This document shows positions 34,026 through 47,807 of a stretch of 64,000 nt of DNA, piece after piece. The DNA lies in contig JAKMXF010000044.1 of NCBI GenBank assembly GCA_024704765.1, positions 744,001 to 808,000 of the forward strand, read 5' to 3'. A program made the position numbers and the translations under genes. Source of the stretch: Oopsacas minuta. Its lineage: Eukaryota > Animalia > Porifera. How positions within the stretch are numbered: position 1 is the stretch's first letter; each line of letters starts with the position of its first letter. The notes beneath the pieces were generated by a model. It was given only the letters and a program-made list of their open reading frames with translations, did no database searches and was not told where the DNA came from.

Positions 34026-34964
34026 CAGTCAAGGGACAAAAGTAGTCGACCACATAAATATATTGTCATAAATTGTATACTCTTTCCCGCTCCTATATAT
34101 TGTGTAATCTATATTCGTAGCTGCTATCTAGTAATTTGTATAGAATAACATATGTTTTTCAAGAATTTAAAAAAAACAAACTTTCGATTTACACTTTTTG
34201 AAGGTGTTAATTATTAATAATTATTAATAATTATTAGATAATTATTGATAGTCAAAATATGTGGTAATTCAAAGCCTATTAAGAATCTATAATTTCTGAC
34301 TTGATATTTGAATTCTACGTAGGCGAGTTACCCCAGATTGAAATTTCCAATCGGATTGAAAAACTTTTACCAAAGTTATAGAAGAATTTCAATTTGTCCC
34401 ACTTGTGCCACTTTTTGAAAAAAGTGGCACAGGTGGCAGGAAAAAGCGCCACTACAAAGAAATCAACTAGGGTTAGAAGGAATATGTCAAAGTAATATTT
34501 TCGAATGATATGACTATGCTAACCCTTGAATTACAAAATAACCTCTTGGTAGCGGCCACTTGTGCCACCTTGGGCAAAAGGTGGCACAATTGACACAAAT
34601 TGAAATTCTTCTATAACTTTGGTAAAAGTTGTTCAATCCGATTGGAAATTTCAATCTGGGGTAACTCGTACGTAGAATTCAAATATCAAGTCAGAAATTA
34701 TAGATTCTTAATAGGCTTTGAATTACCACATATTTTGACTATCAATAATTATCTAATAATTATTAATAATTATTAATAATTAACACCTTCAAAAAGTGTA
34801 AATCGAAAGTTTGTTTTTTTTAAATTCTTGAAAAACATATGTTATTCTATACAAATTACTAGATAGCAGCTACGAATATAGATTACACAATATATAGGAG
34901 CGGGAAAGAGTATACAATTTATGACAATATATTTATGTGGTCGACTACTTTTGTCCCTTGACTG
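34026..34964. mobile_element. 939-bp foldback / long-TIR non-autonomous element
   Basis: About 370-bp near-perfect inverted arms (CAGTCAAGGGACAAAAG...TTTCAATTTGT) with only a few differences and a ~200-bp partly palindromic core; flanked by (TA)n. Confidence 0.9.
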
Positions 34965-35545
34965 ATATATATATATATAATATAAATTATTGAATGTTGA
35001 TTACCAGTTTCAGCTATCAGAGAGCTCTTTTCGATATATATAGAGACACAATTACACTAAATTATTTTCCATCAATCAACAAATTAATGACATCCATCAC
35101 TCGTAAATTAATATAATTAAAGGCCTGTGGCCCGCAAGTAGTTAGGCAAAAGTAGATTAGCCCCCTAATTAAAAAGGGTTGGCACACAATCGTATTTAAA
35201 GATTATTCAGAGGGAGAATAAGTGGTCATTCGATAGGGTTGGGATAAAATCTGAGAATGGAATGTTGCCATATTCATGAGTTGCTAGGGAATTAATCTCG
35301 AACATATTTGAGTGACCACTCAAACGACGTGAAATCTTTCATTGATCACGAATATCGACATCAAAATTCGTCAAATTTGAAATCTCCATACTTGATTACC
35401 CCTAATAGTATAAACGATATCTCTAGCATCATTTTGAAATACTTGCAAAAGGTGTGAAAATATGATTAATCAAATGATAAATCTGGGAATCTCTGAATCG
35501 GACGTTACGCACCCAATTACCCTTGACAACATGTTGAAACCTAAG

Positions 35546-35712
35546 CAGGGTTTGATTTAGAGGGGCGGGGGGAGGCATTTGCCACTCCTTGGATCTTAAG
35601 TACCCCCTCTTGGGGGTGGGAATTTAAGGAGAGGCTGCTAACGCCGTCCCCCCCTCACATTCCAAAAACTCTACTTTGTCCCCCCTTGTCCAAATGTTTG
35701 GATGAAACACTG
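35546..35712. mobile_element. 167-bp MITE with 5-bp TSD
   Basis: Imperfect TIR CAGGGTTTGATTTA / TGGATGAAACACTG; CTAAG directly flanks both ends. Confidence 0.65.
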
Positions 35713-38700
35713 CTAAGACCTAGCGTGTGTTGGAATTTTACATAAAAAGGTGTGCAAATATGATTAATCACCAAAAAAGTGTGAACATTTCACTTTAGAA
35801 AGATTTCCTACCCGAGGTGTAATCTCCGACCCAAAATGTATATGTATACCAATTTTAATGTAAATTGGAGTGCTAGATTTCGCACGATAGCGCAGACGGA
35901 CACCTCCCTATAGTAGATGCACTAAAATGTGGGCAGATTTGGTATCCTTCCCGGATAAAATCATATATTTTACATCAATTCCAGTTTGAAAATTAATTGT
36001 AGAAATTTATTAGAATGAAACACGTGGAAAATTGGGAATATGCTGTACCATGGATATGCATAAGTGAACAGACTAAATTACTAGTGATACAGGGACGCTA
36101 GTGTTATATGTATCCTCGGTTCTGTGTTCAGAATTTAACCTTGAATTGGTGTTAATATTGCTCTTAGATGTTGTTGGGATATCTCACTATATCATAGACG
36201 TGTCTCTGTGTATTGGTGGCCAGTGACGTAGCCAGAGCTTTTGTGATGCAGAGCCTGCATTCATGGTCCAAGATCTAAGGGATCTAAGTGTTTGTTGGGC
36301 ATTTTGTTGAGCTACAGTTCTTAGAGAAACGAATACTCTGTGACCGTTTCTCAATCTAGTCCAAATGTCAAATGCCCAACACATGGGCAAATTATTATCA
36401 ATTCCCCTATAAATCACAATCTATAGCACGGATTGAGGGACCTGGGGACAACAATTGATAGGTGCATAACATTTCGTAAGCTGAGCCAGGATAGCGCAAG
36501 GCTGACGCCCGGGTCTGGCTACGCCACCGATGGTGGCTCCAAATATTTTTGTATAGGTAAACCTAACAAATAGAGAACAGATTGCTACGGTCCTGAAAGC
36601 AATACATTAATTAAGTTAGCTACAAGTATAAGTATTATAATCGAGTATTCAATGTTACGTAATATTAGTATTTCAATGAGTTTCTAAGAATATTTAAATT
36701 ACAAGTACAGTGTAATCATACTAATTAAGTCAACATAGCAATGTCTGGAAATACGAATTTATAATTAATATATTTTAATAGACGCGTCTAACATGTACTC
36801 ATAGAGATTGATAAGTGCAACATAAGAGGAAACCTTGTTTGTGCCAATTTTTTGCGATTATTTGTGGCGAATTCTGCGAAATTTGGCTAGAAAATAATAA
36901 CTGCTTAATTAATATAAGTAACGCTGTGCTAGGGCTTTATATGTTGAGGACTATCATGGTAACTATGACACCTAGGCTACCACCTGGTAGATATCATCTG
37001 GGGTTTATCTAGGTACTTGTCGAGCACCTAAAAATACCAGTTCAGGAATACTTGTATAATGGATCAAGTCTGAAATAATTAAGGAGTTGGAAAATACGTT
37101 CTATTAGTCTAATAGTGAATGTGTACAACTATAAATCTATAAGTATTGGGTTAATCGCAGTATGGGAAATTGGAAAGTTTACTCATCTCGGACAAAATCA
37201 AATCTATCACACAGAATAGAGGTTAGTTTTATTGGTTGCTTACGACATGAGGCATTTTAGAATTGTGGCACAGATATCTATCAGGTGATGCTTAATAGCT
37301 TGATAAAAGCAGAGTTCGATATAATCGGTGTAATTTATGGTAATTTGACGGTTTGGGACATTAGTTATAAGATTTCATACTTCGAAATCAGCTGTTATTT
37401 CGATTTATCCTTGTTCTATATAACAGGAGTTGACTGTAGATTAATTAATCTATAAACCTACGTAATAATTTATGATAAGCAAGCATTTTGTTGAGCTACA
37501 ACTCCACAAGATAACCCTAGCTTACAGATATTCTATTGACGCTTTGTATTTAAGAATATGTCAACTGAATTCTTTGTGTTTAGCAGTTTATAAGGTTGGC
37601 AGCATACGGATACAGAAGACACTCTTCACAAATTATGAGGGTGGTTGGATTGGGATAGAATAATATACAAGAATGATTAATTTAACACAGAATACCCAAT
37701 CATCAAAATTACAAACAAATATGTAAGTACGATTAGAAATAAATCAGAATTAATACCTTTATTATTATTGTGAATCTGAAATAAATGAATATTCTTGAAT
37801 GATTAGTAAATATCAGCCAAATAAATAAATTGTCTGTTAAGTGTAGCCTGTTTACAAAATATTTAGCTGAAGCAAAGCAAGAGTCAATCTTGTCTATACT
37901 GGCTCACTATTACAGCTACAGGGTAAATATCCACTCCAACAACTAGAGGAGTGACTCAAAATGACCAGATTCTTCATATGTCTGGAACGAAATATCGGTA
38001 TCTGGAATAGAATTATTATATGGTAGACATCTGCTAGATCAAATCGCCAGGGAAATTAGAAAAGTGCTCGAAATAACAATGGCCGAGGATGTCAAACATA
38101 TTAATCTCATTAGTTCCGAAATCAATGATAAATAAACAGTGTCTCCCTTCAAACTTACGCATACCAGACACTTCATATAATTAATTATAAACACGCCCAA
38201 TCACAATACAATGCTGTCAAAACTAATATAATATACTAATAGACACTACTCACCTCTTTAAGAAAAATTTTGTCAGAGGATGAAGATATCTAATTGTAAG
38301 GAGATTGAAGAGTAGGGTATATAAGATAACTAGGTTGATATTTGATACAATTGAAGTTACATTCTTTATATTCTTTATAAAAACAAGTCTTTCACCTTCA
38401 CTTAAAGTATCCACATTGAATTGCATACAAGGAGAAATGATTAGTTAGATGTCCATAGTGCATGTGATATTCAGCATACTTCTTCAAGCACAAAATTAAA
38501 AACACACAACAACGCAATGCAAACACTGATTATACAAAATAAGTATCTACAAAATGATAGCTATGAAATAGCCTTGTGGACCAAATTTCTACAAACAGTT
38601 TCCTTCTATATATCGTTTGCTATCAAATTTAACTGGTACCAACTAAACTACAAATTCGACTCTTCCATGAAACAACCCTACAACACTAACTAGGACCTTC

Positions 38701-39420
38701 TCCAAAAAAAGGTGAAATTATTGACGAAAGAATTAATCTAAATCTAGACGAATCTATATGCTAATTTTAGTCAATTAGATTTCTAAATATTTAACAGGAT
38801 CGTAGAGAGTATGGATGTAGTTGCATTGTATGTCGTCATATGTGATAGAAGGTTATTAAACTGTGCTTGTTTCTGGTGACCCCAACCATTTTTGTGGCCT
38901 TAGAGAATTTGGGGATCTAGGATCCTGTACACCATTGATACGATGGAACTCTTTAAACCAGAATAAACATAAATTATTAGAAAGCAAACAATACAATTGT
39001 TTAATAAATTTGAACAGATTAGAGGGATGGGGTAGTAGTATGTACGTATTAACCTTACACACTATATAGATATACAGAGGAATGCGTAGGTAGTATTTAG
39101 TTCACAGCCTACGAAACTATAGCCAATTCGCGGTATTTAACCATGGATTACTACAAGTCTATTAAATTTGATAGGGAATTCTAATATTCTCGATTATATA
39201 TAATTATTGATAGTTAATAAATAATAATTAATACTAGCTATATTATCAAACTTTCTCAGGCCGAAATTACGTCATCTGATTGGCAAACATGGAAATATGT
39301 TGTAAAATATATGCATTTTTCAAGCTCTGTTAATCGAACACAAGGGGCGTCTTCGATTCCAAAATTAACAAAAGGTAATTTATAGATGTTTCCACACAAA
39401 ATATAGAATTTTTAATGGTA

Positions 39421-39816
39421 AAGTTGTCACGTTAGTGACTAATATTAGATAGATACCATGGATGGCACATATATGGCCAAATCCCTTATTACTCGATAGT
39501 CGCTAGAGTTATTATCAAATCAGTCCAGCCAATATTTACTAAATATCTAATTTCCCATACCTTGTAAACACTTTAATACGATTTCTCTAATCGGTGTGAC
39601 GCAATCGTGAATATGCCCACATTTGGTCACTACGTATTGCGTATTAAGATTACGCAATAGTGGTAAGATATCGTATGAAAATGTGTTACGAAGGTATGGG
39701 GAAGTTGGGTATGTAGTACATGTTAGTTATTTGACCATATCTCTAGCGACTATCGAGTTATAAGCGGATATTGTGCCATCCATGGCACCTAATATTACTC
39801 AGTAACGTGACAACTT
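39421..39816. mobile_element. MITE with ~90-bp imperfect TIRs
   Basis: AAGTTGTCACGTTA...CCATGGATGGCAC...ACTCGATAGTCGCTAGAG is mirrored at the right end; TA flanks. Confidence 0.7.
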
Positions 39817-42189
39817 TATAATATTTTATGTATAAACATCCTTAGATCACTTGAAACAACTTTGCAATCGAAGACGGACTAGTAATCGTTTATCAGAGCT
39901 TGTAAATGGTGCATTTTAACAACATATTGCCTTTTAACAAAAGAGATGACGTCATTTCGAAATGGGAATAGTTGTAGCATGGATTGCGTGAATTGATAAT
40001 TATCAATAATACATTCATTCGAGCCAAAATGCACCAATTTTTATATTATCGAGAAAAATAACCGTGCAAGAAGTCAAATTTCATAGACTTGAAGTAACCC
40101 TTAGTCCAGGAAATTCTAAACAGTGAACCTGCTATATCTTTCGTAGGCTGTGTATTTGGTTGCATTGTATGTGTTTTTGTGGTAGAAAACATATAATGTG
40201 AATTAGATAATAAAACAAATATCAATAAATCTGAAAATAGTCATAAAACCAAAAGTGGGTCTCTGGGTCCGAACAGACCAGTTGCAAGCTCTAATAATTC
40301 TCATAGAATAATTATGATAATCTCTATACATTCATAATAGTTATAAAAAATAACGTAAATACTAAAACAGTACCAGTCGTCCGTAGGTTAAGATAGGCTT
40401 CATACAAATAGGACATAAGTGAGCGTTGGGTATGGTAGAGGGATCTCCAATTAACTTCTCCTAAAACAGAAATAATTTCAGTCAGCTCGAGTTAGAGAAA
40501 CAGCAATATTGCATTTCTATGTAAGGGTAATAATGATTCCATCAGTATTTGTATAAAAATCAATTAACTGAAATTTGGTTCATTCTCTCATTGGAATAAA
40601 ACGAATTCATCTAAGATTCACTGAATACATTGTTAAGCAATTGGACTATAATCATATCTATGCTAAAATGAACTCGAATCGACAAATTATATGTGACTGA
40701 ACTTGTCAGAATATAGAAGCATCACACAGTAGGAATTTCACGTAAATTGAGTGTCAATAATAGTCAATAATAATTCAACTGAATAAATAATTATCTCCTT
40801 ACTGGTCTCTGTAAACTGCCAAATTCTGAATGGAGAAATATTCATCAATTACGTATTATTTAAGTCATAGCCTATGTTTAAGTTATTTTACAGCAACTCA
40901 TTGTGAAGTTCCTCGAATTAACTAACTACTAGCACTTGCTGAATAGTAATTATCCTACCTTGTTCAAAAACTCCATAAAGATAATTACGTAATATTAGGT
41001 AAGTGATAAGCTTTTATCTGAAATTTAATTAATTAAACTATATATTAAGCAAAAATTCGATAAATCCCAATAGCTACTAATATTACCGTGTGATTCCAAA
41101 GTAATTTTGTTTCTGAACTGTGTCCACTCTTCTTTGAAACTATTAATATTAAGAATAATAATAAAATACTAGTAATTTATATGAATATTATAGTAACTGA
41201 CTCAAAGTATTGTCTAAGTGGTTGTTTCGTTTAATCCGTATTGTCTTTTTAAGACGAGAGGATCTCTTATTCTTATCACTAGCTAATTTAGGTTTAAGTT
41301 GTATGCGAATATCTTTTCTAATTTGAGACCTTTCTTGTCCATCAACCAAGTGATTTCCATCAGGTTCAAGTTCCAGCTCGCCTGGATCCAATTCCATGTA
41401 TTATTCAACAAATGTGTAGTAGTTAGAAGAGATTTAAATTCATTAAAATAAATACTAAAAGCTAGAATTAGTGAAATTAGTTAGAATTATCCTATCAAAA
41501 TAATATAATCACTAGTTAATTGTAACAGCAAAAGATTCAATCTTCTCTAGACTCTGATAAGAGGTCCATTTTTCCCACAAACGCTGATTCCACTACCAAT
41601 GCATATAGTTTGTATTGTGAAGATAATAATTAGTAGCTAATTGCTAATATTGTAAAAATAACCAGAAATAGTTAAGCAGTATACATTATAGAAAATACAG
41701 CAACAGGAGTGATATTAAAAAAATTTCACCTACAGAAGCATGACACGGCCACGCACAGACTAATCTATGTATTAAACAATAAGTTTCACTCATCTATACC
41801 ATAGGGCAAATTCAAATTCAAGGCTGTACCATATCAATTCATTTCAGTTGGCAAAATCAACTCAATTCTCTGAATGAGTTAATAGTACCAAATAGATCAT
41901 TTACTGTCCTCACTGACTGAGCTATGGATATTTATCACGATGAGCGTGGAGTCCTGTCTATCCTGAGCAATGGATAACTAACACAATGACGAAGAGCGTG
42001 GATGCCAGTTAACCACAGACTCAAGAGATACTAACTAAGATTAGGAAATAAATGAACTAAATAATGTACTGTACATGTGATTAAATACAGAATATCCAAG
42101 TTGAAAAGAGAAATGTGAAATATATACAGATTATACAGAATTAACGAGTAAAATAATGTCACATTATATTTACATACTAGCGGTACGAA

Positions 42190-43051
42190 CTAAATTAGCC
42201 GAGCCTCCCTCAACTTCTTTAGGATTTCTGGTTCAAATGAGTGTTCTCCACAAATCTTAGATCCGATAAAAGAGGAGTTCAGCAAACCATCACATTTCTC
42301 AAAACGGGTCTTAGCCATGTCACAGAACTCAAACTTAGCCTGTTTCTTGAACTTACAATTCTGAAAAACTGCGTCAGACAGATTGGAGCGTTCAAAGTCA
42401 ATTGTTTCATTAAAGACAAGATCTTTGAATAAGATACCCCTCAGGTCTTTGAAGTCCAGATGGACAGGAGCGTTTACTACTCCTTTAACTGCCTTGAGGA
42501 TCCCATTCTCCAACTGATTCTGAGTAATTGTAGATTGAGAGCTAAGCTTGTTCTTGATACTCTCCTCAAGTCTAAAATAAGATCAATAATTGCATACCAA
42601 TATGCCAGTACAGTATCTAGGAAACTTACGTTGACAGCTGGTAGAAATTAGCTTCTGCTAGGATCTCTCGGAGGAACTGTTTGTCTCCTGGAAGGTCAGA
42701 ACAACCTCGTAGGAAGTTAAGAATGTACCTGAAGTAAGTACCATCTCTGTCAATGAAAATCGGTTTGGTAGAAGAAGCTAACTCGGGTTTGCGTTTGAAT
42801 ATATCTACAAAGTAGGAGTCAGGCCTCAAAAGGAGAGTAGCTAGAGAAGTGCAAAAGTAATGCCCTCCTACATTCAGCTCTACCACAAGTTGTTGTGCCT
42901 TCGCTTCATTAGATTCTTCTCCCCCTGCGGAAGTGGGAACTGTGAATCTCTGCTCACTAGGATTGAAACTATCCAGTATAGGACTGACAAAGCTAATGTC
43001 CATTCCTTTGATATTCTTAGTTTCAGACTTCTTCCTTCCTCTTTGTGCCAT
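42190..43051 (-). CDS. KCTD-type BTB/T1 domain plus pentapeptide-repeat protein (KCTD9-like); exons 43051-42630 and 42571-42190
   Basis: VELNVGGHYFCTSLATL...FIDRDGTYFRYILNFLR...EANFYQL; a 58-bp GT-AG intron joins in frame to pentapeptide-like repeats (NLSDAVFQNCKF, DMAKTRFEKC). Confidence 0.85.
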
Positions 43052-44522
43052 CTTCTAATTCGATCTAAAGTATATGAATAGTATAGATATGACGTAATAC
43101 CATCAAATTCTAATTTATTACTACATATATAAAGTGGAAACTGATGATAACAGGCATTGAATAGGGACAAGTAACCGGTAAAGAGTGACTGTGGAAATTT
43201 AGTACTGTATAATAATAGGGAGATCAAGGGAGAGCTATATAAATTGATTATTTCTGGGATACTGGGCTCACACTACATAGTGATCAACTTTAAAAATATT
43301 TATCCGTGAGATTTGTTTGAGAAAATTGAATTTGCTAGTTTTAGAACTGAATTTATGTCTAATAAGATATTTACCCATCATAATGGCGAAATAATGTTTA
43401 TTTCCTTATAATCACGTTAATAATTTCAAATTCCCCAGAAAATTAAAATAAGGTAAAATCAAAATGCGATAGTAACAAATGCATTAGGATATTTCTATAG
43501 AAAAGTTCCAATTGAAATACTGAGTATCACTTTGGATGCGTGAAACTTGACAACAATGTCACTAGGGAATTAAACCTATTGATAGCGTGATCACAAAGCC
43601 AGGATAGTATAATTAGAATAGAAATAGAAATTGATTCTCAATCAGATAAGTGAATCATGAGATATACACTCAGTATTTATAAAAACAAACTATGGGCATA
43701 CATATTATGTTTCCTTGTATCACAACCAAAAAGAACTATGCAATCTAGACACATTCTTTCTCAACAGATAAATGTGCAACCGGAATGAATCGACAAAAAT
43801 CAAATCAAGTACTTTTGTCCAATTGAATTGTTGAGAAAGGAATTGCTAATAGAATTTGATATTATAGCATAGTAATAATCTCCTACGCTTTAGTACCACA
43901 ATTAGCTATTCAGAAATTACAATAGAATTGTGTCTTACAAGTGGTTTTGGTGCCTAAAATGAATTTCGAACTACCATAATCTACGGCATGAAATACAAAC
44001 CTAAAGAGTACGAATTTCTAAAGAGTAGAGATTAGGACATTCAGAGTATATCGATTGTTTCCCATTTCCCGCCTCATATCTATACGGCAAAGATTTATTC
44101 ATTTAATCGATTTCATTGTGTTAGAAAAAAGAGAATTTGAGGAGCACGGAAGTAATCATTATTGGTCCTAATATCACAACACAACACAACGGTCACAAAA
44201 TGAAAAATTCCTGGCTATGCTCCAGGTATGATATCCCCCACCTAATGGCTGGTAGAGTATAAATAAATTAATTAATTAATTAATACATAGAGTAGCTATT
44301 AGTTTATGAGGAGTGTTAATCTCGAAGTCTATAAGAAGATAGTCAGAAGAACTCAAATAATTTTGCTATATAAGTCTATATAATTTTAACATAGAATACG
44401 TCATGATCTATATCTAACAAATAATGCATTAATGCAAATTGCTCTAAGAGAAGCCAGCGAGTACACCTGCACTTGCTTAAGGAGTAACCCCAAATCAATC
44501 TGAAGAAATTGCATATTTAGAG

Positions 44523-45142
44523 GGGTAAACGGAATTTTCGTATCCGGAAATTTGTTCTCTTGGAATTTTCGTATCCTTTAGCGGTTTTAGTAATGTTTCT
44601 TGTTTTATAGAAAAAAAGAAGATAGATAATGTTGCAAAAGATCGATATAAAAGGTAGAAAGGTTGCAAAAAAAGGTGGTAAAAGGGCTGGATTTATAAGA
44701 TAGGACGGAATCATCACGGGGATATTCTTAGATTAGCTAGCAAAAGGTTATATGAAGGGTTGATCGGGGATTTTAATGCTAGACTAGATTCTGATGAATC
44801 TTTTGTTCTGACTAGCTATATAATGATCTGGAGTGGGAGATATGTGTTTTATATAAGGGAGAAGATGATGGCTAGGTTTCGAACTTTCATTATTGTTGCT
44901 AAAGTCGACTGTAAGGATCCAGGTGTTTTTATGTTTGGGAAATTGGGACCAGGAATTTTTAGCGGTATAAGTAGTGTTTCTTTGTTTTATAGAAAAAGAA
45001 AAAGAAGATAGATAGTGTTGCAAAAGATCGATATAATAGGTAGAAAGGTACGACAATTCCAGATACGAGATTTCCAAGAGACCATATTTCCGAGACCAAA
45101 TTTCCGGATACGAAATTTCCTGAGACGAAAGTTCCGCCATTC
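44523..45142. mobile_element. Non-autonomous DNA transposon with ~15-bp subterminal repeats and an internal ~100-bp duplication
   Basis: GGAAATTTCGTATCC-type repeats, inverted at the two ends; ATTTAGAG 8-bp direct repeat at 44515-22 and 45143-50; duplicated TTTTATAGAAAAA...GCAAAAGATCGATATA...GGTAGAAAGG block. Confidence 0.7.
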
Positions 45143-45441
45143 ATTTAGAGGAGTACCCCAAATGAACCAGTACACGCTACAACTGTTTCTAATCAATATA
45201 GCTAGTATTGTTTGCTAATATTTGAGCTCTAAAATTTATTGAACTATTTCACAATAGACATACTTCTTATCAATGCCATCAACAGGTTTCACAGACTTTT
45301 ACATACACAACAGAATTATAATAGGAGTATTAGCAATCATTGAACACATATAAAGAAGTGTGTTTTGGCTCTTTTATGCAAACTCGAATTTTCTATCGTA
45401 ATGACTTCTTTTGGTGAAAACCTCTCTGTATTAATTCAATC

Positions 45442-46680
45442 GTGATTTTTCGGAATCGATTTAATATCCCTTTGAAATATAAAACTGCTATTTACACTGT
45501 TTTATCTATTATCATTTTGGTTATTTATTGGATATTCGCCATAGGTATTCGCTCGCTTTATGCCATCCAAGTACAAGTACCAGAAAACGCAAACTCAACC
45601 AGCCGTGAAAGACAGACAACAATGATTTTGGAGGAAGTAGCCAAACATATTCCAGGCTGTATAGTCAATAACATTAGCTATGGATCTTTATGTATATTTC
45701 CATTTAATTGGTATCCTTATGATGAGATTTGTACAACTGTTGAACAAGTTTTCCTTTCGATTCTTTCCATTTTTACTTGTTTGATAAGTATTTTTAACCT
45801 AGTCTGTTGGATAGCTACCAAAGCTTACGCATCATTTGTCCGTATATGTATTTTCTTATTGATATGCTCCATCACTTGCCTTGCTTTATCTTTGGCATTA
45901 ACCGATTTGCTCCCACCTAAATACTTTTTCGCGAATGGCCATGATGACCTGAATATTCTGCAAGTATCTGTACTATACAAGGAAAGAGCATTAGTGTATA
46001 ATATGTTGCTTCCTATAATAGTTCTCTTTAATTTACCAATCCTGAACATCCTCTGCTTAATATCATGCTAGTTATCATCTTTTCAATACGATTAATGAAA
46101 GGGAACAGTAAAAAACAAAAATAGCGATTGTTTTAGTGGAAATAACCATCTGTATGATACTTTCAGGCATATTACCATTCCTTACTTTAATTCAACAACC
46201 CCAAATGGTATATTTTATATAGAAAAGACAATTATTCTCAATTGAACCAGAAGGAGATCAACCTTTCTTACAATCTTTTGCCATTTTGTTAGTAATTACT
46301 GGTGGTCTTGGGTTTACGATGGGGATTATAACTCTGTTACTAGTGCATTACAAAACTCTAAGTCTTAGGAAACATATTACGCACAAAAAAAAGTTAAGTA
46401 ATCTTGAAATCACTTGATTTGTTTCACAATTGTAATAATTCCTATTACATTCACTAATTGGGGCATTTTAGCTTGGTCAGCTATCGTTCACCACTCTTGG
46501 ATTAAAAGAGTAATTGATGACATTTTATGCACAAATATAGCGCCAAAATTTCCTAATATCACTCTGCTAGATGATAAGTATTGTAATTCGATTGGAATTT
46601 ATGAAGATTATATACCGAGTTTCTATTCATTATTCAGATTTTATTGTCAAAGATTGTCCTGCTACCAGAATTACTGTTGA
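45442..46680 (+). pseudogene. Pseudogene of a multi-pass membrane protein
   Basis: Hydrophobic protein-like reading continues past 46071 through in-frame TAG, TAA, TAG, then a frameshift near 46412 into ORF 46414-46680. Confidence 0.65.
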
Positions 46681-47190
46681 CTTTCCCAGATGGTACTATC
46701 CTGATGCTAAGGAAGACTTTCAAGAAGGTGGTCACCTCTCTTAAGTTATTGTTGTTATATTTCTTGTATTATTACTGAGTTTATTAAACAGTTTGTATTG
46801 TACGTGTCATGACTCCAGTTGCGTACCGACTAATAGTAATTACCACCGCACTAATCGGAGCTAGTCAGCTAGGGGCGAACTCTTAAAATGCCGCCCCCAT
46901 CCCACCATAAAAGGAAATAGACCTAACACTGATATTATAAAGTCAGTAATTGTGTTAGATAAGATATATCAAGGGTGGCTGAAGTTGCTAAATATCAGTC
47001 AGGCCATTCGCTTAATCTTTTGTAAAGTGGTTAAGCCTGGCCATACAATAAACATGCTATATCAAAAAGTGGTCAGGTAAACTTGCCTGACAGTTTGCGC
47101 CGCCCCTCTATATATTTGTTTGGATACTACAAAATTATTTTAAGGTACTGATTTAATCGTAAACGCAAGTAGGAAAATTAATCTTGTATA

Positions 47191-47274
47191 CAGTAGACTC
47201 TCGTTAATACGTACACCAGGGGACTGCCAAAATTCGTACTCCTTAACCGTGTTCGTATTAACGAGACTCTACTG
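47191..47274. mobile_element. Short copy of the Tigger-like MITE family at 5658
   Basis: Same TIRs (CAGTAGACTCTCGTTAATAC / GTATTAACGAGACTCTACTG), TA flanks. Confidence 0.85.
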
Positions 47275-47747
47275 TAGTTTTGACAGTACATCGGGCACGG
47301 AAAAAATAAAATTAATACAGGCAACCATTTCAATACTGGCATACACCCCAAGTGACCAGCCAAATGCTGGTCAGACCAATATTAGCATCCAAAAGTTGTA
47401 TTACGATATTTTCATTTTTCTACTATTTTGTGCTTATTTTATAAAATATCGATTCTTTCCAATGCAATAGAAACTATTAATTATCAATGCATGGCTTATT
47501 TTATAGTATACACTTTATAAGGTTGATGACCAGCATTTGGAGTGTAAAAGGTAGGGATCTATGTACTGGCCCACTACGTAGTAGTCGGCACAGTAATATT
47601 GGCAACCATTAAGCCATTTCAATATACACTTCGATATAAATTGATTACCTTAGAAGCTGGATCGAAAGATACGTGAATAGCAGAATTATCAGTTTCAAAG
47701 CATGTAACTACGAGTGAGAAATTGCGTATAATATATGGGAGAGCTGC

Positions 47748-47807
47748 ATTTGTCCGAATTTGTCCGAATTTGTCCGAATTTTTTGCATACTAGAAATTCG
47801 GACAAAT
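47748..47807. repeat. 10-bp tandem repeat (ATTTGTCCGA x3) plus one inverted copy
   Basis: Directly visible. Confidence 0.8.

Larger units (their letters stand above)
31552..35187. mobile_element. Probable hAT-like MITE split by nested insertions (left piece 31552-~31585, right piece ~35121-35187)
   Basis: Left CAGGGTGTCCAACCTACTGCCCGCGAGCC; right GTGGCCCGC...AAAAAGGGTTGGCACAC; no TSD found. Confidence 0.4.

Noticed and set aside
46069-46230. Stop-codon reassignment or readthrough in the membrane gene
   Set aside because: Neighbouring genes use TAA/TAG as normal stops, and a frameshift is also present; a pseudogene is simpler
44523-47807. Short repeat arrays as CRISPR
   Set aside because: No unique spacers, no cas genes, eukaryotic context; these are TE subterminal or tandem repeats
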